From Trichosphaerium sp. ATCC 40318 (Eukaryota; Protista; Tubulinea), in assembly GCA_038496445.1 (NCBI GenBank), contig JALMLS010000015.1, positions 248,001 through 312,000 on the forward strand: DNA of 64,000 bases. Reading direction: 5' to 3'. The translations under genes were made by a program, and so were the position numbers. Below are positions 38,201 to 50,011 of the stretch, one piece after another; position 1 is the stretch's first letter; each line of letters starts with the position of its first letter. The notes under the pieces are model-generated. The model made no database searches. It saw nothing but the letters and a program-made list of their open reading frames with translations, and was not told the DNA's origin.

Positions 38201-41200
38201 AGCGTTTTACGGTTGAAGGCTTGGGTACCTATACGACAAGTTAGATTAGTCTAAACTGTATATTCATTAACTCGTACCCCAGTTAGATATATTATAGACC
38301 ATCTTTGCAAGTGTAGAATCAGCACATTGAGTAAATTGTTGGTATTTAAGTCGTCGTGGTTGAGGAACGTGATTTGAACCCAGAGTCTTAGTATTTTCTC
38401 CAAATGGTAATCCGCTTCCTATAGTCGTATGCCAGTGGATATTTGCAGAGAAATGAAGGTGAATCTGAAAGCGCACGTTAGTCAGAATTCATAGAAAGAG
38501 TCTTGAATAATATTAACGCACGTGTACAAACCAGAACAGTTTAATGCTTACACCCACTTCCACATGCACTTCAAAACCAACTTCAGTGGATTTACCTGTA
38601 GTTATTTCCAGGTCAAGAACAAATGAGGCTGAGATGTATACGCTAGCTTTCACAATGACGAAATTTACGCTTCCCCATATTTTAACTAAAACGTTTTAAC
38701 AATAAGCACGAACTTGGCGTAGAAATAGTGCACCTCCTGCTCCAACCTGACCGGCTACATGCCACCACTCAGGATGAGATACAATAGATCCATGTTCAAG
38801 ACCGAAGTAACCTTCAAGAGCACCCATGAAGTAAACCTACAAACCGAAATAGTAAGAATCAAAAAATGCAAGTTTTTCCATACCTGTGCACCGCAACTGA
38901 AAATTCCAGCGTTTATTTGAGGACCATATCCAACTTCTAAAGCTACACCTCCTCCAGCAACAACAACATCAGAAGGTGGCGGTGGACTTATTTGAGAAGC
39001 TCTAAATAAGGAAGGTGAGAACCAGCTGCGATACTCTGTATTTACCCGGCAGATGTGTAAGACACAAAGAGTCCACCTGCTCCTGTGAAAACACCAAAGC
39101 GAACAGTGAACGAATGCTTAAAGTCAAGAGACTTTCCTGGCCATCCGAAACCTAGATAGAAATATCCGCCAGTGTAGATCTCAATGTGAATCTGAAAAAG
39201 TGTAAGCAAACAAAGTAACTTAGATTGCACAACGAAATACTCACTGTAGGCGGTGTGACTTGGAATCCTCCAAAGGAGATTGGAAAGTTGATCAAGCCGA
39301 CAGTTATGTCATAGCATCCTTCTCCATCAGATAATTGATGATAAAGTATTGATAGGTCCAGGTGAAGTAAAGGAAGTACAAGTTGTGCTCCATATAATCG
39401 AGGATTAATATCGCTGAAAACTACATCCAAAGTAACAGCTTTATCCAAAATCTCAAGCGTCAGACCTGGTGGTAGTATTTAGTAACACGTGACAGAAAGA
39501 GCGCGAAAGTATTCTTTACAAAATTACCTGCTATAACTTCGTTTTTTGGGTCGTAGAGTGTTGGAAGCTGAGGTAACGTTGGCGTTGTTGGTAACTTCTT
39601 CAAAGAACCCAACACATCTTCGATAGTAAATCCAGAAAGCGATGGTAAATCCAAGTGTTGGCCTACGCTCAAGAAAGGAATACTGAAAACATCTCCAAGA
39701 TTCCTAAACTTGTATTAATAACGCACTATCTTAGTTGTTTCTTACCCTTCGTCGCCATCACCGAGCAAGAAAAACCAACCGAATTTAGGATTAATGTGAT
39801 CGTTTGTTTCTACTACAAAGAACAATAAAGAAGCCGATCCATCTTTAGGATAAGTGTTTCCAAAGAATGTTATCTTCAGTCCTTGTAGCTCCAGAACAAA
39901 TCTACATAAAATGAGACAAAAAGCATCTCGTGAAGCAATAACTTACGCTGTGGATGAATCAGGCATGGCAACTTGTTTCAATACAAAATGCTGCCAGCTC
40001 AGTTTAACAACACCAAACAAGTCAATGGATTTTTTATCTGAGCTTGCTTGTACTTGGATACCAAGGTAAACTTCAGCGTCTGGGTATGGATTCCAAGCAA
40101 CTAATATACTTGAAACTAGCTCTAATTTCTATACAGACATTAATTCAGTTCTATGAACCTGGCATGAGTGAAGTAACTATTTTTGTACCTTTCCTATTGC
40201 TCCAGCACTTCCAAAGTCCGTATCGAACATTAAGGCATATTTTGGACCTGATCCGTCTGTAATTTGAAGTTCTTTACGTTCATCCAACTCTCCAACGTTA
40301 ATAACAAAGTACCCATTCAGTACACTTTGCCCACCATTGTACACGAATTTGCGCAACTTAAAAGAGTAATAAGTAAGGTAAATAAGCGCTTTAATTTGTA
40401 CCTTGAATGGCCAGTTGGCAAAGAAACTATGACCACGTGGTTCGTTGTTACCAAATGATAAAACCAACTTTTCAACGTGCATATCAAAGTCAACACTGCC
40501 ACTAACAATAGTTCCAGTAGTATCATTATAAGTGAAGATATTGCCTAAGAAAGAAATTTAACCAAAAACAGAATTCAAGCAAATTACACAGCCCAGAACA
40601 GCAACGCACTTGAAATCTCCAACCCTGTAAATGATAACTTTGCGAAAGATAAAAGATCCCAAGTTATCTCCTCAATCTTTTGAGTATTGAAGTTTATACT
40701 ACCATCTAAAATGAACACCTACCAGAAACGTTAAGATACTTTTTGAGTACTAAGTTCGTTGTGCTCGTACAGTTTGAAGAGCTCGTGTGTATGTTTTAGG
40801 ATCAACGGAAACGGGTTTCACAACGAGTTGGAGCTTATCAATCTCAACATCATTGAGAATGAATGACGTTCCGTTAAACGAAAACAAAAACTCATCCAAG
40901 GTCTCAAATTGAAACAAAACATGTCCAGAACTATCACGTGTATAGTCACCTTCTACATCAATATACGGCGGATGACTTTTGCTTGAAGGATCAACGACAA
41001 TCTATACAATCATTAGTAAATTTGAGGCAAACAAGAGAGAAACTAATACCGTGTCATCCAAGAATCTTGGAATGTAAAGTCTAAGTTGAGAACTAAAACG
41101 TTGAATTCTTGCGTGATCAAACTGCACCCAAAAGTTCTGAATTTAAACGTCAACACTACAATGTATACCAAGTTTGGACTTACCTTTACGAGAAAGTGAA

Positions 41201-44128
41201 AGGAACCATCAGTGTTGTTATCAGGTACTACTTGGTTGAAGTAAATCATACCTCCAAAGTCAGCACCTACGAAATTAGATTAAAGCAGATCCATTTTGAC
41301 GTTTTATACCTTCCAAGGCCGCAAAAGATGTCGTGTTCACTACATTGTTGTATGTTGAAACCCCTTCGGATACATACGCATGGTGAAGCCATGGAGAATG
41401 ACCACCAAAACCAGGAATAAGCCCTGCAATGATATCTGGTAAAATTTGTAATTTTCCAAACAAGCACAACAAGCCTTTCCATTCTGGATCTTGCAATATC
41501 ATCTTTATATTCTAGCGGATTTGGTTAGAAAATCAACGCTTCATAAACTGATTGTAGAGTTCACATCATTAAAATAATACGGTATTGCGTACCGAAAACC
41601 AAGGGTTAGGATCAGCAATAATGTTCTTTACTTCGGTTCGTAAATCGTTTATGTCATTCATGGTTACACCAGGGAACAGCGTCCATAATTCAGTATTTTG
41701 TAGTAAATCCACTATTGATTTATGAGGATAGTTCTTATACAAGAAGAACTTTGGAGTTAGGGCATCGCTATCCGATAAACTCTCAGGGAACATATCTAAA
41801 CCAAATCCTGCGATCGAAATCTTCATATTTACTGAACCGCCAGGAGCTACAAAAGGCGGTTAGATAATATTTATGTTTACCAGTATTTACCGTATAATTG
41901 CGTTGGTAAAGTAGCTACAACGAACACCTAGCGAAAGTAAACATATCTAGAAAAAAACAAGAATTTTCAGAAACTTTGGAAATACGCACGTGCGAAAAGC
42001 TCTTTAGATATGAAACTAGCTCCAACGCTGGTTTGATGATCGACATTTCGATTTCTCCTGCCTCAGTTTTAAGTCTAAGTATTATTAGAATCTTCCAAAT
42101 AAAAAATCACGTGCTTTGCAAAAACTACTTTTAGCCAATTAAACGATGAATCTTGAGTTGCTAGAACGTTTGACTTGGTAAGTATATTAGCTGGAACAGC
42201 GCTAGCTGTGGCCGCTATATTTTGTGGCGTCGTATCAGTGGCCTTTCACCAGTTAGTTTTAGTCAAAACGGAATAAAGCCGTACACGTTTCCTGTTTGTT
42301 GACGCAACCGCAAGATCAAACTCAATTACATCAGCATCTTTGAACGAACCGCCAGCTTAAACACTTTTAGGAAACCACGTAGAAACTTTCATTGTTTTAC
42401 CTTTACAAAGGTATGGCATGATTGGCATAGCCAATGGTTCATCAATGCGTGTTTTATATGTACCGAAAGTATACAAAAACGGCTGAGTGTTGACACTAAC
42501 ATCAAAGAAAGGATCCGTCTGCGGATGTCTAGTGTACAAAGAAATAAGCCTTACGTTTCTAGGATTTAACGTACGCATAGTAAGTACTTGCTGATACACT
42601 CATTCCAGCTGTTTTTTTGTAATCCGTTAGTTCAGTACCACCTGGAGCAAAGAAGGCATTCTAGTGAAGAAAGTGAGTTCTTTCCCGCGCTTTTGTTGGT
42701 TTAGTACTTGATCTCCAAAGTAAATAGGGTTAGTCGTGCTGGCATCAAACATGAGGTATTCCAAAGAATCTAACCCGGCTCGTATCCAATTGGAACCGTT
42801 GCCGTCTATAATGTATTCAGTACTGTAAATAACTTCACTTGAACGTACTGTGTGAAACAAGAAATTCACCTTGTGGAGCCAAATAGTCACTAAGATAAAA
42901 GTAAGTTGAGGCAATCGCAAAGCCTGATAATTACCCAAATCTATTATCAAACGAAGAAGTTGATGTAGTATAAATCATTACCGGAGATCCACCAGGTTGG
43001 GAAAAGCAAGACTCATAGTCAATACCTAAACAACAACAAAGTAAATCACGTGCTTACAAGAAACTCCCAAACTTCTACTACAAATAGAGAAAAATTCAAG
43101 AGGCCAGCCCTAAATACCTTGAGGAAGTGTAAAACTAGCAAACTCAGTGTAAGAATTAAACTGCGCTTGGATAGCCGTTGGGTATAGTATCTTTCCTTTT
43201 CTATTGAAAAAGTGCCATGCTTGACTATTTTGATCTGCTCTGTAGTACACGCAAGATAAAGGAATGTCAAAAAAAGACGATAAAGTCAGTACAGCGTTAA
43301 TATTCCCGATGCTTGATAAAGAAAAAGAGACGTTGAAGACTAAGAATAAGTATCACAAAAGGTGGTGAAACAAAAAAAGCGAGCGATTAATTTTAACGTA
43401 CGGTTACTATCTACCTTTGCCTGAAACTCATTACTTCCTATATCAACGCCACCAAGGTATACGGTACCAAGGCTTGTTGACCCTCCAGTTCCTTTGAATA
43501 TTATCGAATCAACAGTAGTAACAAAGCTGGCTGTTCCACCAGCTGCTTCAATACGCACAGCTTTACCATAGCTAACTATTACGAGTTACCAAATAAAAAA
43601 ATAAACGAAAGAATCTACGCACTTGAACCAGCCTCAAACTTCGCTGTAGCATTACCAGTTAACGCAATCTTGAATAAAAGGCTTTGCTATCGAAATCAGA
43701 CGACACTCAAGAAGAACTGAAACAGGAAAACTATTGTTTGCGTACAGCAAGTGTAAAATCCATCCAGATAACACTCGAGTTACTAATACCAAAAGCCTCT
43801 TCGATAGAAGCCCTTATTGAAGCATCATTCAAATTAACCGACTGTGTTGTCAACACAATGCGCTTAGACGACAGCAACGTTGTAGGCGCTAAGAATGTCT
43901 GTAATGTGAAGCTTGAAGGCAGTTTTGGGTTTGTTCTAGTTAATAGCAAAGCAGTGCCATTTTTTGTCCCAAGAGCCGCGTAGTAAGTCCAATTTCCTGG
44001 TACGTTCGCTACTTTTTGGAAGGAAACGCCTAATGTCGTTATTTTTTATCCAAGTTAATCTATTTCGCACCCACTACAACGTGTAGTAGCGTTAATACTA
44101 ACGCGCACACAAACAAGCTGTGTCGCAT
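32215..44128 (-). CDS. Giant (roughly 3000 aa) secreted beta-rich protein resembling uncharacterised large bacterial proteins
   Basis: ATG at 44128 gives MRHSLFVCALVLTLLHVVVG (signal peptide). Dozens of consecutive minus-strand exons; the junctions I checked are in frame. Stop at 32215-32217. Motifs include YTGGYFYLGFGWPG, GAGGLF, WGSVNFVIVKASV and FRDGFGNEL. Confidence 0.7.
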
Positions 44129-44390
44129 TACTATCACTTGAAATATGAGAATCTCTTTGAAACACGTGCACAGTTTTAAAGTTCCTGTGTTCATCAATAA
44201 GCATGCTTCTTCATGCAGCAACCTCAGCTTGCTCAAGTATTTAGCAACAGCCTTACTAGTGCCTTGTTATTCGCCAGGTTTATAAGCAAGTATGACTCAC
44301 GTAGTCATCGAAGAAGTACGAATATTTCAGGAAAGATCTTAAAATCACGTGCACAGTTTGCTTCAAATTTTATTTCGGCGTTGACAATTT

Positions 44391-46225
44391 CTATGCTGAT
44401 AATTCTATATTATTTGGTGCACTATCCACTGTCGGTAAAGCCTGCTGCGCTTTTTTAAAGCTCTGCCATACATAAAGATTATATCGTGTTTTAGAAATAA
44501 TGTTCGCAATGATGAATACGAGTATTAACGACACAGCAATTACTCCTCCAACTGTTCCTAAAATTACAGCCAAAGGTACTATAATAAACATAAGTATATT
44601 AATTTCATTTATGGTTAGGTGTAGCGCGTACGTGAAGAGCTACAATCGTCAATAACAGATAACAAGAGATATACTGAAGAATCTTCTTCTGATAAAGATG
44701 AAAGGGTAATTGACTTGCATGGATCATTCTCATTTAATGTTAGCGACACGTTGCTTATAATATCGCCTCAACAGAACATCAGAACCAGAAACAGCACACG
44801 GAAACATAAAAAATAATCCGAAGTTGTACCTGTGCATGTAGTATTTTGTCGTAGTATTTCTATTCTTTCTTCTCCTACAAGATCAACTTCAATACTAAAA
44901 CTACCAGATACGTCTATACACCCTTGTACGATCACCAATGTTGCATCATTCATATATTTAAAGGTAGCATCCCTTATACTTACATCACCTGGTAAACATT
45001 AGTTTAAAACCGACAACAAAGTAGTTAAAAGTGGGACAGCAATAACCATTTGCTCTAAGAAGTCTGTAATACTGTTTTTTGGGTAAAAAGGCATGGGACA
45101 TTACTTTAACAGTTCCAGCTGATGTACATACCAGAAAAAGTGCTATTGGAGTTTACAATAAAAACGCCTGTAATAACTGCTGGCGTTGTAGTGGGCGCTA
45201 ACGTGGGTGCTAACGTGGGCGCTATAGTGGGCGGTTCTGAGGGTTCATTTGTAGGCGCTACTGTAGGAACATTTATTGCTAACAAGTTGTTAGCAAACAT
45301 ACGCAGTCAGACAACATTACCTTCTCCAAAAACATTGATATTAATGTCAGAATTGTTTGTAAAACTCAGCACTTGAACAGCGCCAGTTGCTACTAAATAT
45401 TCTGCTGCTAGTCCGTCTCTGTCTTGAGGTACTGCAACACTGGAAGTGTTTACAGTAGTATGAAGGAAAATATTGTCTGCTTCAGCATGCACAGCAAAGT
45501 AAGTAAACCCAGGGCCAAGTGTTAAATTAAATGTATCAAGCGTAAGCTCAAAGATACGAACTGGAGTGCCATCAAAGAAATTATATGTCTCCATTGTCCC
45601 TGGATATGTCACTATTGTAGGTCTCAGTTTCGATATATTTGTGATTGTTTCTAGAGGTTCAAGGAGAAAGGCTGTGTCCCCAAGAAAGAAGGTAATACTG
45701 CGCAGTGTAAGAACAAAAAAACAAAGATACAAGAACGGAAAAACTAGGATTACCTGTCATAAGCCAATTCAAATTCAGCTACTGTTTGTGGATTGGTTGG
45801 TGCGACAGTCCAAACACGTAAAGCTGATATGCTCCACTCGTCAGTAGCATTAGATAGCCAAAAACTATCACCAAGCATTCTAGCGTTGTTCTGCGAGTCA
45901 AAAGCCAAGTTTTCTCGCATACCTTGACGAAATAAGATGTGTTAGTGTGCTATTTTTCTGTAGGTTCTACTTTGCTTTAAAAAGGGTACATAGCATCTCA
46001 AAAGCACTATGATACCGGATAAATACAAAGGGAACGGTAAGATTTCGTGAGAACTGTTTTCGAACGCAAAAGGCATACGACGCTTCACTTTCTTATGTAT
46101 CACGTGCCTGGCCCATTGTTGTTTAAATTTGTTGATGGCAATCCTCTATTGAACAGTAATTCAGCATTGTAAAGCCCTACTAGAATTACAGCGAGAGAAA
46201 GGAGTAGCAGTGATGATGACGCCAT
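44391..46225 (-). CDS. Type-I membrane protein: bacterial-like N-terminal beta domain, PTxAPT stalk, beta-rich domain, TM helix
   Basis: Signal peptide MASSSLLLLSLAVILVGLYNA, then LFNRGLPSTNLNN...GDSF...WSISALRVW...SDININVFG. Stalk PTIAPTLAPTLAPT; TM helix VPLAVILGTVGGVIAVSLILVFII. Confidence 0.75.
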
Positions 46226-46740
46226 TCAGAGTAAAAGCAATCAACACTGCTTAATCGTGAAGACGAGGCTTTTTGGAAATTCAAATTTATTACTATGTAT
46301 GAGTTTTTGAAACAATAGTACCGCTTTTGGAACTTTAAGGTTTTTGCGTCGCTCACAACGCCCTCGATAAGAGATGTTGTGATTATCGAAATGTTTTCGC
46401 GGATGGTTTTTGCCACGTCTTAAAATGGTGTTCTCTACCATACTGTAAAGGCCGTACATAGGCTGACACGCTTAAGTGGAAGCTGGTACTATTGCGCAAG
46501 TGTATGTCTTGGCATAGTGTTGCTGTTAACAGCAGACGGTTCAAGCAGAAACTGGATTTTGCTTGTCTAAAAGTCAGTCTGTCTGAAAAATTATATGATA
46601 CAGTACAATACTTTAAAAAATTACCGCGAAATAGCTCGGAGGGGTTTAAACAATAAAACTGTCTAAAGAAAAAAAACTATATTTGAGCACAGTATGCAGC
46701 AAGTAAATCTATTACGCATGGGCCACATCCACGAGCAACT

Positions 46741-49010
46741 CTACTTTGGTGGTGTTACAAATACCCATTGTTGATTCTGATTACTTGAGCTAGAAGACCA
46801 CAAATACACATTCCTAAATTACCTTTAGCGATTTTCTCACTTTCTAAAAGTATCAAAAAGGGCATACTGGTTGTTTGCTCCTCCACCATTACCATCAATA
46901 GAGAAAGCAATATTACGTTTTTTTAATCTGTATGTATTACCAGATACACTAGACTTCTCCCAATGTTGATTAACATTATCTTGACTACACTCGTAGATTT
47001 TCACATTTCTATTTCCAAAAAAGTTAGAAAAAGATGCTTTTGAATTACATATTGAATACTTGGTACGCACTGTCTTTGACTCCCACCATTTCCACCATCA
47101 AGGCAATAGTTTGTATAACGTTTACGGTAGATATAATATCCGGTGCTGTGTTTTGTTTCGACCCAATGTTGATTTTGGTTTTCGTCATTGTAGTTGTAAA
47201 GGTACACATTGTGGTTGTTGGCGTTAGGCTGCTTTTGTGTTGTCAAAGCATGACCTTGCGAATTTTGCTTTCGAAGGATATATAACTTTTCATCATTAAT
47301 AGAGCTAAGACAATTAATAGTTCCAAGTTTTGTGCATCCCTTCGCTTGGCTTTTCCTCGAAAACTTTAACCATTTATTCAAGCTTAAAAAAAAGCAGTAG
47401 CAAGTTACGGCGCGTAGACAATTACCAAAAATACGTACTTGTTAATTGGCATGGTACTCTTCATTACACCTGAGTTGTCAGGGTCATGGGGCATATTTAT
47501 AAGATGCCCAATTTCATGTGCACTGAGGATGGTTCGTTTACGAGTATCGCCCATTTCTTTCACTTCAGCTTGAAAAGTTTGAGTACGACAAACACCGCCT
47601 ACATATGCTCTTCCTAATAAGCCACCACCGCTGCAGTCATGATACAGTAAAGCCATTGGTGGTAAAGAATTTGAATAGTGAGTTGTCGTCCAAGTTTTAA
47701 AATCACCATGAACATCATCTCTTCTCGAACACTGCCAACCTGCCGCTAAATAACGCAGTTACGTAATTAGTATCTTGTTATGTTTTGTGTACAATACTCA
47801 TCCCGATCCTTCATTATAAGCAACTCTGATACAATAAGTTCCACATTCTTGTAAAAAAGAGCGTTAGTAAAACAGCTGAGTACGAAAATACTTACCAGTT
47901 CCTCGTTAAATATTGCGTTCACGTTGTGAATGTCTAAACAAAGGCTGGTTAGTGAAGACAATATTAATTTTCGAAGAAACTATTGTAGTTCATACTGTTA
48001 GTAACATAGTCTACTGAACCGTCAACTCCTCGATTGTCAAAAAGACTTTTATCAACAACCGCTACCTGTTGACTGCGTTAGTGCAACAAAATAACAATTA
48101 TATGATTATTGTACCATACGGAGAACTTCTAAAGATGAAGGACAACCTGTTGGAGGAGGATCTAATGGTACTTTATCTCCCATGGGGTACGCTCTTAAAC
48201 AAAAAAAAAGTTAGTCTTTCTCGAAACAAAGAGAGAAAACTACAAACCTTCTTGAACGTCTTGAACGAGTATGTTTTTGTCTGTCTGAATTAACCATGTC
48301 ATTACAAACTCCGCACCCAAGTGATTCTTCGTGATGTAGATTGTTACGCCTTTAAAGCAATGAGTAAGTACTATGTACGAAAGTGATACACCTTACCTTA
48401 GAATCACGTGTGTGCCAGACCCAAGTTTTTCCAAATGGTGTGGTCCCATGAAATCTATGTGCCTAAGATAAAAGAAAGAGTTGTTAGTACCATCAAAACA
48501 ATCTCGGATAGAATACAAAACGTACTTTGAAGCAGGCTCAATTACAAGCATCTCGTCATTTACGAACAGAATACCTTCTATCGTTCCATCTTTATGGGCC
48601 ATAAACCGGAAGCGATAGTTATCATTGATTGACTTGAAGGTTTTTGATGGAACAGGAAGGTACTTTGAACTGTTTCCTGAGCTTATGATAATCTATAATC
48701 TCGTTAGACTAAAAAAAAGTACAAAACAAAAAAAACCCACTCTTGAATCCAAAGTGAATGGCGACGCTTTGATACATTCAATCGTCATCGAGCTATTATA
48801 TTTGTGTACTTTTAATACATGAACTCCTTCAGCGCTTCGTTTAGGAGACATTGATAAATCAACTACAAAAAAATCAGCTGCTGGCTTGAAAAAAGCTTAA
48901 ATCATACTTGACGTAACAACCTCAAAGTCTTCTACGTTATTCCAGTATTGCTTGTCATGGCATAAAACAGCGGTAGCCATAAAAACTGATTGAAGTAAGT
49001 AATACTTCAT
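46741..49010 (-). CDS. Secreted M12B (reprolysin/ADAM-type) zinc metalloprotease with C-terminal ricin-B beta-trefoil lectin domain
   Basis: Signal peptide, prodomain with Cys-switch-like LGCGV and basic RSRR site, LLGRAYVGGVC, HEIGHLINMPHD zinc motif and SGVM Met-turn. Three QxW repeats (NQHW, NQHW, NQQW). Confidence 0.88.
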
Positions 49011-50011
49011 TAACACAGAGGCAGTAGTACCAACCACACAAAGCTTCCACATTGTTCGTTTGTGTTTGGAATGTTTTGGACAGAGCTCAATCTCACTTAT
49101 TTAGTTAAGTTGCTATGGTTGTTTGTTCTTGCAACGTACTTTTAGATGGTTGGATGCCGAAAACTAAGAGACGGGTTTTCTCGGACAAACTACGTATTTT
49201 ACCAAGCTAATTATCTGAAAAAGAATTGCCAGGGTCGTAATCAGGGTTGTGTTTATAACTTGAGGTGATAATTTGAATATTCATGGTTTGGGTTACACGC
49301 CCTTTTTGTGTCCATACACGTGTTGTTGTAAAATCACGTAACAAAGCTCACAAAAATTTGTTATTACATCTTTTTAGCGAGATCCTACGGCGATACCTCA
49401 CGCTGAATATCATCGCAAAGAAGGTCTATCGCGCAATGGTGTTGTAAATGAAGGCATTGTTCATCACAGGTTAACAACTCAATGGTTTAACAACTACAAA
49501 AACTCTTTGCTTAGAAAACTTCGCAGAATTTATACTTGTTTTTTTATACACTTGGTATTCGTGGCGTTAAACAGAAAAAAACCTATTGTATTTTGTTTAA
49601 AATTTTAGATCCCGCTGCTACGTGTGATTTTTAAACTGGTGACTACCATGCGCCTCTTGGACAATGTACTACAAAAACTACAAAAAAAAGTGGACAATAT
49701 GACTACGCGGTGGTTTGCCATGGCACTATCTCAACAAACAAATTGAGTGCTATCAGTTAGCCCGTTATCTCGACCGCATTACAAAAAGATATCAAGTCGG
49801 GAAAACAAGATCTAACAGACAGCTGAAAAAAGCCAATAGTGCTAAACAACAATCTATTTTTAGCCTAAAAAAAAGCAACAAGCCCTCCTTTAAACAAATG
49901 AATTGACTATTGAATGAAACTGATACACTACACAACATTTTACAACAATAAACTAGAACCAAATGTTCAACAATTACTATTTTCTTTTTTACAAATCATG
50001 TGGCTATTAGT

